Assembly (NCBI GenBank): GCA_001179505.1
Contig: CDMY01000130.1
Span: forward strand, 1-64,000
Direction of reading: 5' to 3'
Origin: Vitrella brassicaformis CCMP3155
Taxonomy: Eukaryota; Protista; Chromerida
DNA: 64,000 nucleotides
Shown: positions 1-12,070 of the stretch, piece by piece
How positions within the stretch are numbered: position 1 is the stretch's first letter
Layout: each line of letters opens with the position of its first letter
Program-made: the position numbers and the translations under genes
The notes under the pieces: model-generated
Database searches by the model: none
Seen by the model: only the letters and a program-made list of their open reading frames with translations
Told to the model about the DNA's origin: nothing

Positions 1-12
1 ACCCTTGTGCAG

Positions 13-591
13 ATCTCAAACACCACCAGTGGCGAAGCTACAATCGGTACCATGCTTCGATCGTCGCCGCACAGGGCCTCACTTATCCGTACGACGGCTT
101 GCCTCGGCGGAGGCCCCGAGGGCCATTTTCAGGACCGGATGAATGGTTTGGACATCATGTTCTCAGGAGATCACTTGGAAATTCAGAGATATGGAAGCAG
201 GTACGGGACGACAGCATTAATCGAAGTATCACATCGACAGTATGTTTGCCTGCCCATGCAGGTGAACGGTGGCTTGTGAACCAATTACACCGACCGGTGT
301 GATGACGAAATCCTCACCGAGTTCTGCGATACGAAGACCTGTTGGGCGCCATATACCTGCGGCTATGGCGTCGGGCGCCGCTGTTCTCCCAGCGGCCCGC
401 TTTGCTTCTCTTCTCTTAATCTGACCAAACTGACGGAGACTATCTCTTCCAGGCACCCGCTCTTTTTCAGGAAAGTCACGCCAGATGCAACGCTTTTCGA
501 TGAGGGTGGAAGAGAGGTGGGTAGGGTGACTGACTTGCTAATATCACTCACTCAAAACTACAGCAGGCCCGTGTCAGTCACGAGTATATGA
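13..591 (+). pseudogene. 3' part of a GT14 / Core-2-I-branching (Branch, DUF266-like) glycosyltransferase with one in-frame TGA (277-279); 5' end lies before the window
   Basis: Exon 13-200, GT-AG intron 201-261, exon 262-591 translate as ...KHHQWRSYNRYHASIVAA...GPDEWFGHHVL...KQ/VNGGL*TNYTDRC...PLCFSSLNLTKL...HPLFFRKV. This matches Branch-family motifs K.SQW..L.R.HA, PDEH/DE.y and LFARKF (recalled family knowledge). Confidence 0.65.
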
Positions 592-1084
592 GCATGTGTG
601 TGTTGTCTCCTGTCTCTTTTTCCGATTTACTGTCTTTCTGCCGGCTAGTGCTAGCATTCCCTTGCACTGTCCTGGGTGGTTGATTCGTCGTATGTCTGAT
701 TGTATTGGTGTGATGGCGGTCGATGAGAGGGAAGATGGATTGAGTGACTATGGTGTTCATATCGTAATTCACACGGTACAGTAGGCCTATGTCGTAGGTA
801 CAAAATTAAATGGAGTTAGGACAATATGTTTTTTCTCAGTCGCATGGTGCCGTGCCTTGCTGCAATTGCTTCCTTCCTGCCGTAATGTCCGGCGAATTCA
901 GTGTTGTCTCTATGCGCATTGTCTGCATCGGCCTGCCTTGCTGTCTGCCATCGACTGATCGGTGATGGCTGCGAAGTGTGCATGACTGAGGGAATGACGA
1001 GTGTACGGTCTGCGGCATTTTCCGCCGCATCGGTTGGTGCTGTGCTTTTGTGTGGTGGTGTGGCGTAGTGTTGGACACGTGCAG

Positions 1085-1512
1085 ATGATAAATCTGTGTC
1101 ATCTTTCCAACGCGACCCCAGACACATCAAGCCTGAGGTCACGGCACGATGGCTTTCGCAACAGGATCCAGATCTGTTGGTCGTCTTCACTGATGGGTGG
1201 GTGTGGTAGAAGAGACGGTGCGCAAGAGCCCCTTTCTTAATCTCTTACCCACAGGTACGACACGCTGCTGCGGGTGCCAAATGAAGAGCTGGAGCGACGT
1301 GTGCGTCTGCTCATACCTGACAATAACAACACGACCATCATCGTCTCCAGGTGTTTAAGTGATTTCAGTCACCACTCACGGAAACCTTCTGTCTGTCTGT
1401 CTGTCTGTCTGTCTGTGTCTCTGCGTTCTGCCAATGGCCCCGACTCGACAGCGAGCTTGGTATAGCGCCCGCGATAGACATAAGACAAATGACACAACTG
1501 ACGAAAAACTGA
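1085..1512 (+). pseudogene. Fragment of a PLOD/LH3-type (procollagen galactosyltransferase-like) GT-A domain, apparently truncated
   Basis: Exons 1085-1196, 1255-1350, 1452-1512 give ...WLSQQDPDLLVVFTDGYDTLL...TTIIVSSELGIAP..., matching the D.vvlFTD.yD and iifSAE..cwP motifs. The frame stops at 1510-1512, I found no downstream LNSG motif, and the 5' exons are unresolved. Confidence 0.55.
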
Positions 1513-1744
1513 CACTGTACAGCCCCAACCGACCGACAAGTCGGAGCCATCCACACCGACCGACATTCATTGCCAATCGTCTGGTGTCCCTGATTCTGAA
1601 ACTCACCGAAAGACAGACGGTCAAATACTACGAGCACAAAGCACCAAAAAGAGCTAGGCATAGAGACGTGCCGACATACGGCCTCGCGCACACAGCACAG
1701 GACTAGCAGCCATGTATGTATCTCAATTGGCTGCCTCGTCCCAT

Positions 1745-2965
1745 TCACTCGACACGCACGCGGAAAGATGACGGTCGTGGGATGGGCCAATTAGGGAAGG
1801 CCTCTCTAAGGAAATTGAGGCATGCTGAACGCTTCGCATAGTGATCGCCGCGCTTGGACAGAGACTCTTTGCCAGGAGAGAGACCATGCACAGGCGAATC
1901 CTCCACAAACACACCTGCACCATGCACCACCATGCATCGGTATGTGTAGGGATTGCCTGCCCGCCCGCCCGCCTGTGAGTGCTCACATGATTCTTGTTCG
2001 TCGCCACTGACGTAAGCAGCGAGCCAGTTGAAAAGGAGGTCTTCGCAGTTCCGCTCGCAACTTGTCACATCAACCACCTGTCTGAATGATGCATGCATGA
2101 AAGCAAGCAAAGGTACGCGTAGGCAAACGACATTGAGCTAGTGTGTACCGACCGAGGCACAAGCTTCATGTGGTCCAACATGAGCGACGTTGGCCACAAG
2201 AGCCGCGTCCGTCAGAGCAAGATTGTCTTGGCCGGTGCCATAGTACAGGGCCTTTGTGCCATCCACACACTGGCGAATCGACCTCCGAGTGTCGGGGCCA
2301 CTGATTATCCGCCTCGGAAATAGCCTTGCTGCCAATAGCAAGTTCTGGATTGTGGCTGCAGGCATGGAAAACAGGTCGAGGAACGAGCAGCAGATCCCAT
2401 ACATATCGACCCCCCAGTCTGCGTGCGTACCGCACTGCCAGTCGAAGATCGTGTCATCGTCTAAAACGAACGTGAAGGGTGTATCGATGGACTCGGCGAC
2501 ATAAAACCTCTCACCCAGGTCCCTCTCTCCCGGGAGCACTCGAGTCTTCGTCGAGTTGAGCCCTGTTAGTTGCTCTTGCAGCACCCCTCGGAAGTCATCG
2601 ATGGACTGGCCGGGCGGCACCCACGTGTCAAGCACGACTTCCTTGACGAGGACGCATTTCTCGAGCTTGCGGACGTAACGATTGATTCAGCGCTCCGAAC
2701 AAAAAGGGCCCATCGTCACAGCCACAGTAACTGAGTCCTGCATTGAACGGCGGGAGAGAGCAGGGGCAACAGTGTCTGTCTGTCAGTCTGTCTGTCTGTC
2801 TGTCTGTCGCAGTGATGAATCACCTGTAAGTTGTCTGTGTTGGATTCGTTTCTCCGCAGTGTCAGCGTGGTCTGGCTGCTGAAAGGCACGTACGAATGAC
2901 GACGACAGAACGACATCCCCATTGACATCACCAAGCACAGACACTAAAGGCAGCAAAAGCGCCAT
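1745..2965 (-). pseudogene. GT64 (EXTL2/EXT C-terminal-like) alpha-HexNAc transferase with one in-frame TGA (2689-2687)
   Basis: Spliced model about 2965-2824, 2730-~2152, 2077-1987, 1914-1745. Motifs: LGERF...IDTPFTFVLDDD (DxD), FPRRII, LALTDAA, NCEDLLFNWL, HYAKRSACLN.L..AFPNWP, all typical of GT64. The hydrophobic N-terminus is MALLLPLVSVLG. Confidence 0.75.
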
Positions 2966-4153
2966 CCACCCACATATCCAGACCGTTGCGAAGCCTCACG
3001 ATGGCACCCAAAAAAGTCAAAAGGCCATGCATATGGAAATCTCTGCAGGCAGAAAATGTGACTGACGGCTTGGAAGCCGTCAGCACTCTCTACAAGCACT
3101 CGTCCTATGTCTTAGCTAACGCAAGGCCCGATCCAGCCGATTCACCATCTTCACTTCTAGAGCCTTGAGGGCCACAATCTCGCCCTGCTGCCATCACTTT
3201 TCTTTTCCAGTGCATCGGCCTTCCGCTGGAGTGCCCGCGCCACGATCATCGTCTGACACAACGGTCGACAGACGTGGGACAGCACAGGAGCGCAGCTGCG
3301 GAATGTGAAGCGCATGTTTGTGTGCTTACGTGTGATAGAGGAATTGATTTGTTTCGACGTAGAGGGAAGGGCTGTCCTCAGCCTCGCTGCCGTGCAGGCC
3401 CGCATACAGTTCCTTGTCCAGAGGCCCAGTGCGTCGTATGTCTCGCTCCTCCTGAGACCCACTCCCCGTCTCCTCCTCTGTTTTTGACGACACACAAACG
3501 GAGACATCACATTCACCAATGCACTCATCCCGTCCGTTGCCTGTTCTCTTGCTCGTCCGCGTGCGTGCCTGCCGTGTATGTGTGCCTCTTGTGTCCTTGA
3601 AGCGTTCGTAGATGTCTCCCAACTCTTGCTCGGGCGTGGCATCGACTGTGGAGAAGCTGGTGACGGTGACCTCGCTGGTTCGGACAAAAATCCTCTCGCT
3701 CCATATTGCCTTGATCGCGTTTGCTGCCAAAACCCACATCAAGAGGCAAATTTGTGGGTGAAGCCACAGGTTCATGAAATTTCAGTGGCTCTCACCTCGC
3801 CTTGTCCGCCAACCAACTCCCAGTTGTTTTCGTCTGCTGTGAGGATATGTGAGGAAAGCAGGGTCGGGCAAGCTGTCCCCAGGCCTGCGGCACATTGCGG
3901 CACTCCCATTCCTGTCGCATACGTAAGTACACGTCCACGCGCGTGCCGTACCTTGTCCTTTTTGTGTTTTGTCAGTCCCGATTGGAGCGTCGTGTTCCCC
4001 GACAGTCCATCGCACCAGAGCGCCTTGATTGCGCCGACTTGCGGAGGGGAAGGCGTGCGCTGACCAGTGGAACCACAAGCCGTGAGAGGCAAGATCTGTA
4101 CAGGGTGCACAGCCGTTAGCCGGGAAAGGGGTTTGGAATTTTTTCTTGGGTGG

Positions 4154-6048
4154 ATGTCCGGAATCCGACACACATTCTTCCTCGTTCACCTGTCCGTCTT
4201 GGCTCTTTTGGTTGCAAAAGATGCCTCTCCTGCTGCCGCGCTCGAGCAGAAAGCGATGCACTCCATCGAGGTCCGCATACACACGGAGGATCACCACTTC
4301 GCCACAACAAGTGTGCGTCTGTCTGTCTGTCTGTACGTGTGTGTGAGTGACTGCAGGACATGTTATGCTTTATCTTCCCCGAGACCTGCCCTCTGCCACT
4401 CACTCCGTAGGCGCACGAGTGACCACACAAGCGAAGCAAACGCTGGTGCTGTCCCCATTCCAGGTCGCCGTTCCTCACTGCGCGGCACTTGAGTTACGAG
4501 CCAGGTGAGAGAGGCTGGCTACTAGAGGTGCCCGACTGTCGATGCCCGCTTCATCAGACATGAGCGACGAGTTCGACAGCAGGGGATTGAATGAGTCCAG
4601 ATGGGATCTGCGAAGAGACGATTGCGGCATCGGCAATGACACGATCTGCTCCCCTGAGAATGTGATGGTCGAGGGAGGTCTCCTCAAGCTCAGGGGGAGG
4701 CTGGATGGTCCTCTGGCCCTTGGTGCTGGCATTGTCGCGAAAACGCCGATGACGCATGGCGCGTGCGAGGTGAAGCTGCGCTTTAAGGACAGGTGAGCAC
4801 AGCAGAAGCAAATCGTCCGTGGGAAATATGGCAACGTACAATGTGTTTGTCCAGATTTGGGTGGCACGAGGTGGGCAGATACACTTCACAGTGTCTGTAT
4901 GTGGGCCTCTGCATCTACCTGGCTCCCCGCTTGCAGGCTGCGTGGGCGAGGGGCGTCCCTGCAATGGCATCTCGTGGGGACTTCGATTGGGGAGCATTCA
5001 ATCGGCTAGAGATTGACATGTTCGAAGTACGACACAGACGGCACATATGGATGGCACACATGATGGCTCTCTGCGTCTTTCGTAAGGCCGTGTGTTGCGC
5101 GTGTCTTGTTTAGAATTGGTTCAACGGGCACATGACGCAAGGGGGCTACATGTGGCTGGGAGAGGAGGAAACAGCACGAGCAATGGACAAGCCCTTTTTC
5201 CGCGCCGAAGGCAAGACATTCGTCGGCCACCTGCCTTTCACAGGCAACGACTATCCTTACTCAGCTATCCCTCGTCCCCACAAGTGGCACATCTACGGGT
5301 ATGAAGCGAATGATAAGTATTGGGCCTTCTATATCGGCGGCAAGCTCATGTACGGGGGCAAGAAAGAGATTATCGACGTAAGGGACATCTACTCTCTTCC
5401 AAACTTCCGCCCACAAGTGAGCGACTCAGTGACCTACTCGGGCTGAGTAGGTGTGTATTGTGTGTGTCTTGATCAGCATTTTGTCATGTTCAACGTCTTA
5501 GCGACGAAGGGTCAGTCTCTGCGTGACGGTATCGAGCCTACCGCTGGCATGGACGTAGATTGGGTCCGATGCTACTCCTACAATGATCAGGAGGGAGCCG
5601 CCAGCGCCCACATGTCGGGCATTTGGGAGACCTATCCCCGGCTGATGCCGGAATGCATCAGCGATCCTACGCGCGTGGATGACCCGGAGTGGACCAACGG
5701 TTCATGCAGGTCGGCACGAGACACAGAGACAGAGATAGATAGCCACTCAGCAACAGAGACATGCTGTCACGCTCATGAGATTTCGCGCATGGATGTTTCA
5801 GGAGGCAAGACGTGGTCGCTGGGGCCGGCCCTGATGGTGGCCAGACAGCCACATGGTACCAGCTGGCCATTAAACTGATGCAACGCTTGCGGAACGAGAC
5901 TGGGATGACTTCTGAGGACATCGCGCCTATTTGCCAGCAGCTGGACGGGGGCAGGGGCGAGCGGCGTGTGACGATGGGCAATGAGTCGTGGGTGCCGCTC
6001 GCGTATGCCGTTTGTGCAAGCAGGGTGCTCCCGCGTGCCCTAAAATGA
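4154..6048 (+). CDS. Secreted glycoside hydrolase family 16 (beta-glucanase/galactanase-like); the junction between the 5' exons and the catalytic exons is unresolved
   Basis: Signal peptide MSGIRHTFFLVHLSVLALLVA (4154). Exons carry MSDEFD, ENVMVEGGLLKL, the catalytic motif LEIDMFE (ExDxxE, ~5008-5026), HIYGYE..W.FYIGG and MDVDWVRCY. A C-terminal extension ends at stop 6046-6048. Confidence 0.85.
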
Positions 6049-6703
6049 TCGTTGTACGGCTAATCGGCAGCATTTGTGTTTTCTGTGCGTTTTCCCGGCT
6101 TTCATATATTTGTGTAGAGTGCCCCTTTGAGAACCCCAATAGGGGTTGGCGTTTTTGTATTTTGTGCACGTGCTGTGCTTGCAAGCTGCTGGTGGATGGG
6201 GTGAATGCGTGTATGCACAAAGATGCATTCTGCAGTTTGCTTGACAATGATAGAGATACATTGAGATATGTCCCGTCAGGCACGGAATTATTAATGCACA
6301 TCTATCGTCGTCACTAATTATGATGATGCAACTCGACAGTAATGCTGTAAACCGTCCATCCGTCTCACTGCCGTCTCTGCGGCACGTCAGCTATGCCTGC
6401 AGCCATGCCTGCCTGCCTGCCTGTCTGTGCTGGTGTGACCATTGCACTCACCCGCTCCAGCACCACGTGAGTCAATGCATCCACAGGATTAGATAACTCG
6501 CCAAGCAAAAACAACAGAGGGAAATCTACTAACGACAAATGTCAAATACACGTACACAGCTGCTCGAATTCCGCATCAATGTGCTCGTTCGGCAAAACAA
6601 AGACACATTTTGGAGCGGCACACAGCACAATCCTGTATGCGCTGCATGCGTAGAGTGGCGTCTATAGACCCCCTTGCCTTCCCCCTCTCCCTCTCATTTA
6701 CTC

Positions 6704-8378
6704 TCAGTGCAGTATGACTGCGTCCGGCGCTATTGTGATGCCCACATTGGCGATCGGCGTCGCTATGCCGCGGAGTGAGACAAGGTCAGGGTGGCAAGCG
6801 CCATCATGATCTTGCACCACGTAGCGCTGCATACGAGCACACACACATACACACACACGCGCACACACACAAGATGAGCAAACAAGTGTCCCTGCTAGCA
6901 CAAGGCAGCTCACCACTCGGCATCTGCCGTCGCTGGGCGCCGAGAAGCAGTAGACCTGCCGAAATGCAGTCCACAACAAAGGCAGATATGGGCGACTGAC
7001 GCGTGACGTCGCTACCTTGACGGAGACGCCTTCATCAGGGTCGCCGTGGAAGCCACCAACATCGATGACCACCGAATCCTACATAGTCACGTCACACAGG
7101 TGCACATGTGAACAAGAATTAAGGCGACAAGACAATGCCTGACTGACGCGCACCTCGAATGTGCCCTCCCCATCAGACAGGGCTCCAGAGTATGCACACC
7201 TAGTGTCGACACGGCCCCTATAACGACGAAACAAAAGTCAGCGATTGAGTGCGAGGATGGGGTCGTTGCTTGCGGCATGTTCGTCCGTACTTGTTGTCTC
7301 TGTCGCAGACGTGCAGGTCAACGTCTCCCTCGAGAGAATCGGCAGCTGACCAGCCAGGGGAATGATGGACATCGAGCAACCAGACGCACGGGAAGGATGA
7401 AAGCATATGCAGTAGGCGTACCTACGACGATCCATGGGTACGTGAACTCGTCTGGCCAGTTGATCTTCAAATAGATGGACTCCTTCGCCTCCAAAGCCAA
7501 CTCGATGTCGGCCGGCGGCGCTACACAGCACACAAGCGCAGCAAATATTTGACGAATGAACACTCTCGCCACATGATGGTCAAGCTCACGTGGGCAGGTG
7601 GTCTCGCTGGGACTGGGGTAATTCATCTCTGCATTAACGAAAAGCACATTCGAAGGCAATGCAGTTCCTGCCTATCAAACACGTACCAGAGATGGCATCC
7701 ACATCACTCCATGTCAGCTCGTTCTGTATATCTCCTCTGGGCTTGCTCGTCAGCGAGAAAGTGTCACCGGTCTTCTTGATCGTCAAGTCAGTCCTGCTAT
7801 CCAGAAGAGCCTCCTTGAGCTGCGCCGGGTCGTCCAGACTGACAGGAACAAATCAACAAATCAGCAAATATCGAGTCCGACAGACGAGTCTATTACTGAG
7901 GAAGCACTCACTCCATGTGGCGCTTCTCCTCCTTGGTGTCTTTCTTTTGGTCCTTTGGGTGCTTGATCTCGTCTGCGTCTGTTGTGCCCTCGTCTTTCTT
8001 GTCCTTGTCACCTTTGTCTTGTTTCTTGTCACCTTTGTCTTCTTTCTTGTTATCCTTCGGGTGCTTCAAGACGTCGGTCGGATGCTTGATCTCGTCGGGT
8101 TTCATATCTTTGTCAGCCAACTCGTTCTTGTCCTCTTTCTTGTCGTCTTTCTTCTCCTTCGGGATCTTCAGCACGTCCTTCGGTTGCTCGACGTCGTTCT
8201 TCTCCTCCGTGTCCCCGGCGTCGTATGTCATCCTTGCTGTCATCATCACTTCGGAATCCCATAGCCGGAGCAGGCGAGCCAGTTCAATGTCGATGGAATG
8301 GCCTTCGTCGACAATTTGTGCAAGCGAGAGGGCGACCCAAAGGCCGCAACAGGCGAGAACTAGCGCACGGGAAGCCAT
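6704..8378 (-). CDS. Secreted protein: K/D/E-rich repeat region followed by a PPC (pre-peptidase C-terminal)-like beta domain
   Basis: Signal peptide MASRALVLACCGLWVALSLA. Repeats of the type DEIKHP.D..K.PKD.KKEDK at ~7915-8200. About 8 GT-AG-joined exons end ...WIVVAADSLEGDVDLHVCDRD...GTFEDSVVIDV...DAVILH*. The PPC resemblance (GD.DL.V motif) is an inference. Confidence 0.7.
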
Positions 8379-8497
8379 CGATTTGACGTGTATCGGAAAT
8401 TTACAAGCTAACTCTGTACGGACTCGCAACGGGAAAATATCATTTTGGGAAAACAGCCACGAAAGGCAGACAGGCCGGCACTCTCTCAATTAGCATC

Positions 8498-9287
8498 ATG
8501 AAGAGCCTGTCGTTTGCCGTCCTCGCCATGCTCGCCGCCTTTACCATGGCTCAGGTAAGTGACGTGTTGGCAAGGGAGAGGAGCCGGGCAGGATACACGC
8601 CGACGCGCTGGTTTTACTTGTGATATGTGCTTGCGTGCAGAGGGCCGCGGCCGCCGTGGATGAGACCACACGTGAGTGAGACACGTTACAGCGCCATGCT
8701 CAGTCTGCACACGATGTCATCTCGATGGCCCGTCCATGTGTGCTCTGGCGCAGCCAAGCCAGCCGAGGAGGAGAAGTGCTGCTGGGAGTGCCATCTCTTC
8801 GACTTCCATTGCTGGAAAAACGAGTGCCGATGGGACGCCTGCACTGAGGAGTGGAAAGAGGAGCATCCCGAGGAGGCGGCCCTGGCCGAACAGAAGATGG
8901 AGGCATGCGCACACCTGCAGAATGGGGGTAGCGAAGCATGTAAGTACGTAGGTCTTAATTAAATGCCAAGGCGCGATGGATACCTACCGGCAAGGCAACC
9001 CCGCACATGTTCGTTCGTGTGTTTGTCATGTCTGTTTGCAGATGCTCAGCTCCGCCTGGGCAATTCGGCACCTCTCAGCGTGACGCGAACGGAGTGCGAG
9101 GCCCTCAGGATGAACATCGAAGCAGCCACGCGCCCTCGTACGTTCAACCAGCAGAGGCATACGCGTGTGTGTGAGCCGACCATTGTGTATGTCAGGTGAT
9201 GACTTCGGTGACTGCTGCTGGAAGTGTCAGATCTGGGACCATGATAGCGACTGCTTTGAAGACTGCTTCTGGAAGATGTGGTGCTAA
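8498..9287 (+). CDS. Small secreted Cys/Trp-rich protein (paralog A) with two CCWxC modules
   Basis: MKSLSFAVLAMLAAFTMAQ; exons give KCCWECHLFDFHCWKNECRWDAC...EHPEEAALAEQKMEAC...RTECEALRMNI...DCCWKCQIWDHDSDCFEDCFWKMWC*. Splice sites are canonical and it is homologous to 32478-34017. Confidence 0.8.
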
Positions 9288-9571
9288 TTCTGCGCACCCT
9301 GGTACTCATTAATGCTGATCGCACGTGACAACTCATATGCGTCGACCGTCCTGCTTGCAGGTCAAGGGCGCATCCATCCAGGCACGCCATCTCATGGGTG
9401 CCTGCCTTGTGGCTCCACTGTAATATTTTTCTCGCCTTTCATACAAAGGGGGGAGAGAGCGCAGGGCTGCTCGTGCGCCTGTCTGTGCATGTGTGCGTGG
9501 GGGGGTGGGTGAGTGCGAGTCCTTGTCCGTTGTGTCTTTGACCGTGCCGCCTGTCATGTCCGCTTGGGTGT

Positions 9572-10515
9572 CTATTTGTCTGCTGTGACGAGAAAGTGGC
9601 ACACGTGTATTTCACATGATGGTTGATGCACAATTAGCAAGCTGCATCTCTCCTCTCTGGCCCTTTTCTGAGTGGTATTGGTGGATGGGGCCACCGCCCA
9701 TGATTTTCTTCTTGCCTCTTGCTTTGCTCTTGCTTTTTCGCTGGCTATTTGTCGTTTCCTGCATACAGACTCACGCTCGTACTCACACTTGTGGTCTTTC
9801 CGTTTTCCTTCTGTCTGTCGCTTGCGAATGTCTGTCATTTGCGTGATGGTCTGTCTCCTATTTTTCAGGGAGACTTCTCTCTGGCTTCTCTTTGACGAAA
9901 GCCCTTACCTACGAGATAGCGGTATGTGCCTGACCAGGGCGATCGACATACGTACGTACATACCTGCATGTCATGTGGATGCTCACACATGGACACGCTC
10001 CTCCTCTGTGCTTGCTTCTTTTTCCGCTCGGTATTTCTCGTCTCACGGGACGCATGTATGCGTCAAGGTTCTTGTGGCACTGCCTCCTTTCCGCTTCTTC
10101 CTGTTGCTTGCGAATGTCATTTGCACAACGGCTTGGGTGTGCTATTTTCTCCCGCTTGCAGAGATGGCGTTGTCTGTTCGGTGCGTGTTGCTGTTCGTGA
10201 ATGAGAGAGGCAGATGAATGAGTGAATGCAGAGACCCAAGAGATGGAAATACCGGCATGTTGTGCGTGATGCTTGTGCGTGAGTTGTGCGTCTGCGTCAT
10301 GTCGTGTGTGGATGTTTGTTGGCCGGTTTGGCATGCTCCAAATCGAGTGCCTCACCGGTCGGTTGGCTCACTGATGGCTGCTGCATGGAGACAGACAGAC
10401 ACTGGATTGACGGCAATGAAATGACTGACACATGGAGGTCTTCTTCCTTGGCTGGACCGAATACATGTGGCACAAATGGCATCTCGCGGACGGCAGAAAT
10501 CGAGAAGGCAGACAT
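9572..10515 (-). other. Possible spliced K/R/E-rich gene remnant
   Basis: Several open segments flanked by GT/AG, including two related pieces DIRKQQEEAERR (~10085) and DIRKRQTEGKRK (~9810). I could not build a consistent model. Confidence 0.25.
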
Positions 10516-11345
10516 GTGATGAAACAGAGAGGTGTGAGTGGCTGTCGACCAGTCAGTCTGCTTGAGAGAAAGGTGTCAATCTGAAATGAAACTAATAGAC
10601 GAGAGGGGCCGACAGCCACTGCTCTGTTGCGCTTTGCTTCTTTCAATACGGTCGGGTTTCGCACACCACACATTCAAGCCCATTCACGATTCACTGGTCA
10701 GTTCGATTGTCTCACGTCTCACAGTCGCATCACTGTGTCTCTTTCCCCAATCATTTTTGTCCCTCGTCAAACGCTCACAAACATGCCGGCCATCAGCCAA
10801 CGAGCCGGCTCCTCCATTTTGGAGGAGCCCTCGCTGATTTGCTGATAGCACATCAGCCACACTAGACATGAATGAAACACCACCGCGAACAAGACACACA
10901 ACAGCAGCTGCACGCCCGCCCGAGGATAAAACATTCACATGCACACAGCCGTCACTCGCGTCACGTGCGTGCCTCATATTCTACTGCGTCTCTGTCTCTG
11001 GCTATCTGTCTATAGAAGCACAGCAACGACGAAAAAGAGCACACTGCTGCAGCACAGTATCCGCAGCGAGCGCAACACAGCACTCGATGCGACGAAAAAT
11101 GCCCTCGCCACTCACCAATCGCAGCGTAAGTCACAGGCATACCCGATGAATTAAAGACAAACAAGGATATACACATGGATGTACGGCCAGACCGAACGAA
11201 AAGAAAAGCAATCACACACGGTCAGACACGTGTGGTCGGCCGCAGAAACAGAACCCTCACTACCCTCATCGATGTAGACAAGACATCCGTGCACAGAAGG
11301 TGCATATATCCATGAGTGGGGCGCATCATTTTGGCGCCCAAGCAC

Positions 11346-12070
11346 TCAGCAGTCGCACCAACACACCCACTCATAGTAGCAATAGGCACCCGCGCACAAC
11401 CATTCTTCGTAGCAAACCTCATCACAAGGCCAACAATCCTGCTCTGTCGTCACTTGATTATCTGATGTCGAAGAAGGAAAGCAGGGAAGGCAAGTGCGGC
11501 GGGACAGCAACGAGTTTTGTCACCGATCACATACCTGTCTGGTTGACAGATGCGGTTGCGCCCTGTGTAGGTGAACAAAGAGGCAAGGAATCCATCACAT
11601 GGCACGCGCAGCAATCACTCACCTCGGCCTTCCAGACTGTGTGCGTGATATCGTCGGAAGCTTGGTACACGGTCTTCTTCAACCCGCTGCCCGCCGGCAG
11701 CTCGTCAATGTTGTCGCCCTTCCGGACCCTCGAAATCAGCCCCTCAGCGAAGATTTGCTGCTGCTTTGTCAGGCGGTCAGGCCCGAACGACGCCTCAACG
11801 TTCTCGGCCGCAAACTGCAGCCTGGCAATGGACATGGCCTGGTCTCGCGACACATCACCTTTGGCCTTCAGGACACCGAAGCGCTTCGGCAGGGAGAGGC
11901 ACTGCGGCGCGTCGTCTGACTCACCTGCACACACGCAAGAAACGCTCAAGTCACTCAGTTGAGGTAGTAGACATTGCACTCTGACCTGCAGGCCGCGCCA
12001 GTTTGCGAAGCTGACCGTGACCGACGCCAGCCAGGGCCAATAGGAGGAGGAGGCAGAGCACACGCGACAT
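11346..12070 (-). CDS. Secreted protein (gene E) with a C-terminal Cys/Trp/Tyr-rich tail
   Basis: MSRVLCLLLLLALAGVGHG-QLRKLA; 4 exons with canonical splice sites; ends QDCWPCDEVCYEEWLCAGAYCYYEWVCWCDC* (TGA 11348-11346). Confidence 0.75.

Noticed and set aside
3157-4130. Possible spliced minus-strand gene (ANAIKAIWSERIFV..., weak GT31-like look)
   Set aside because: No consistent phase chain, one donor appears to lack GT, and no diagnostic motif; the upstream ORF overlaps GH16 exon 1 antisense.
6704-7560. Plus-strand 'pseudogene' reading with many TGA/TAG stops, suggesting stop-codon recoding
   Set aside because: It is the antisense shadow of the cleanly spliced minus-strand gene 6704-8378.
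7659-8493. Long hydrophobic plus-strand ORFs (201 and 192 aa)
   Set aside because: Antisense of the K/D/E-rich repeat exon; the same applies to long ORFs opposite the Pro-rich CCCH and SH3 genes.
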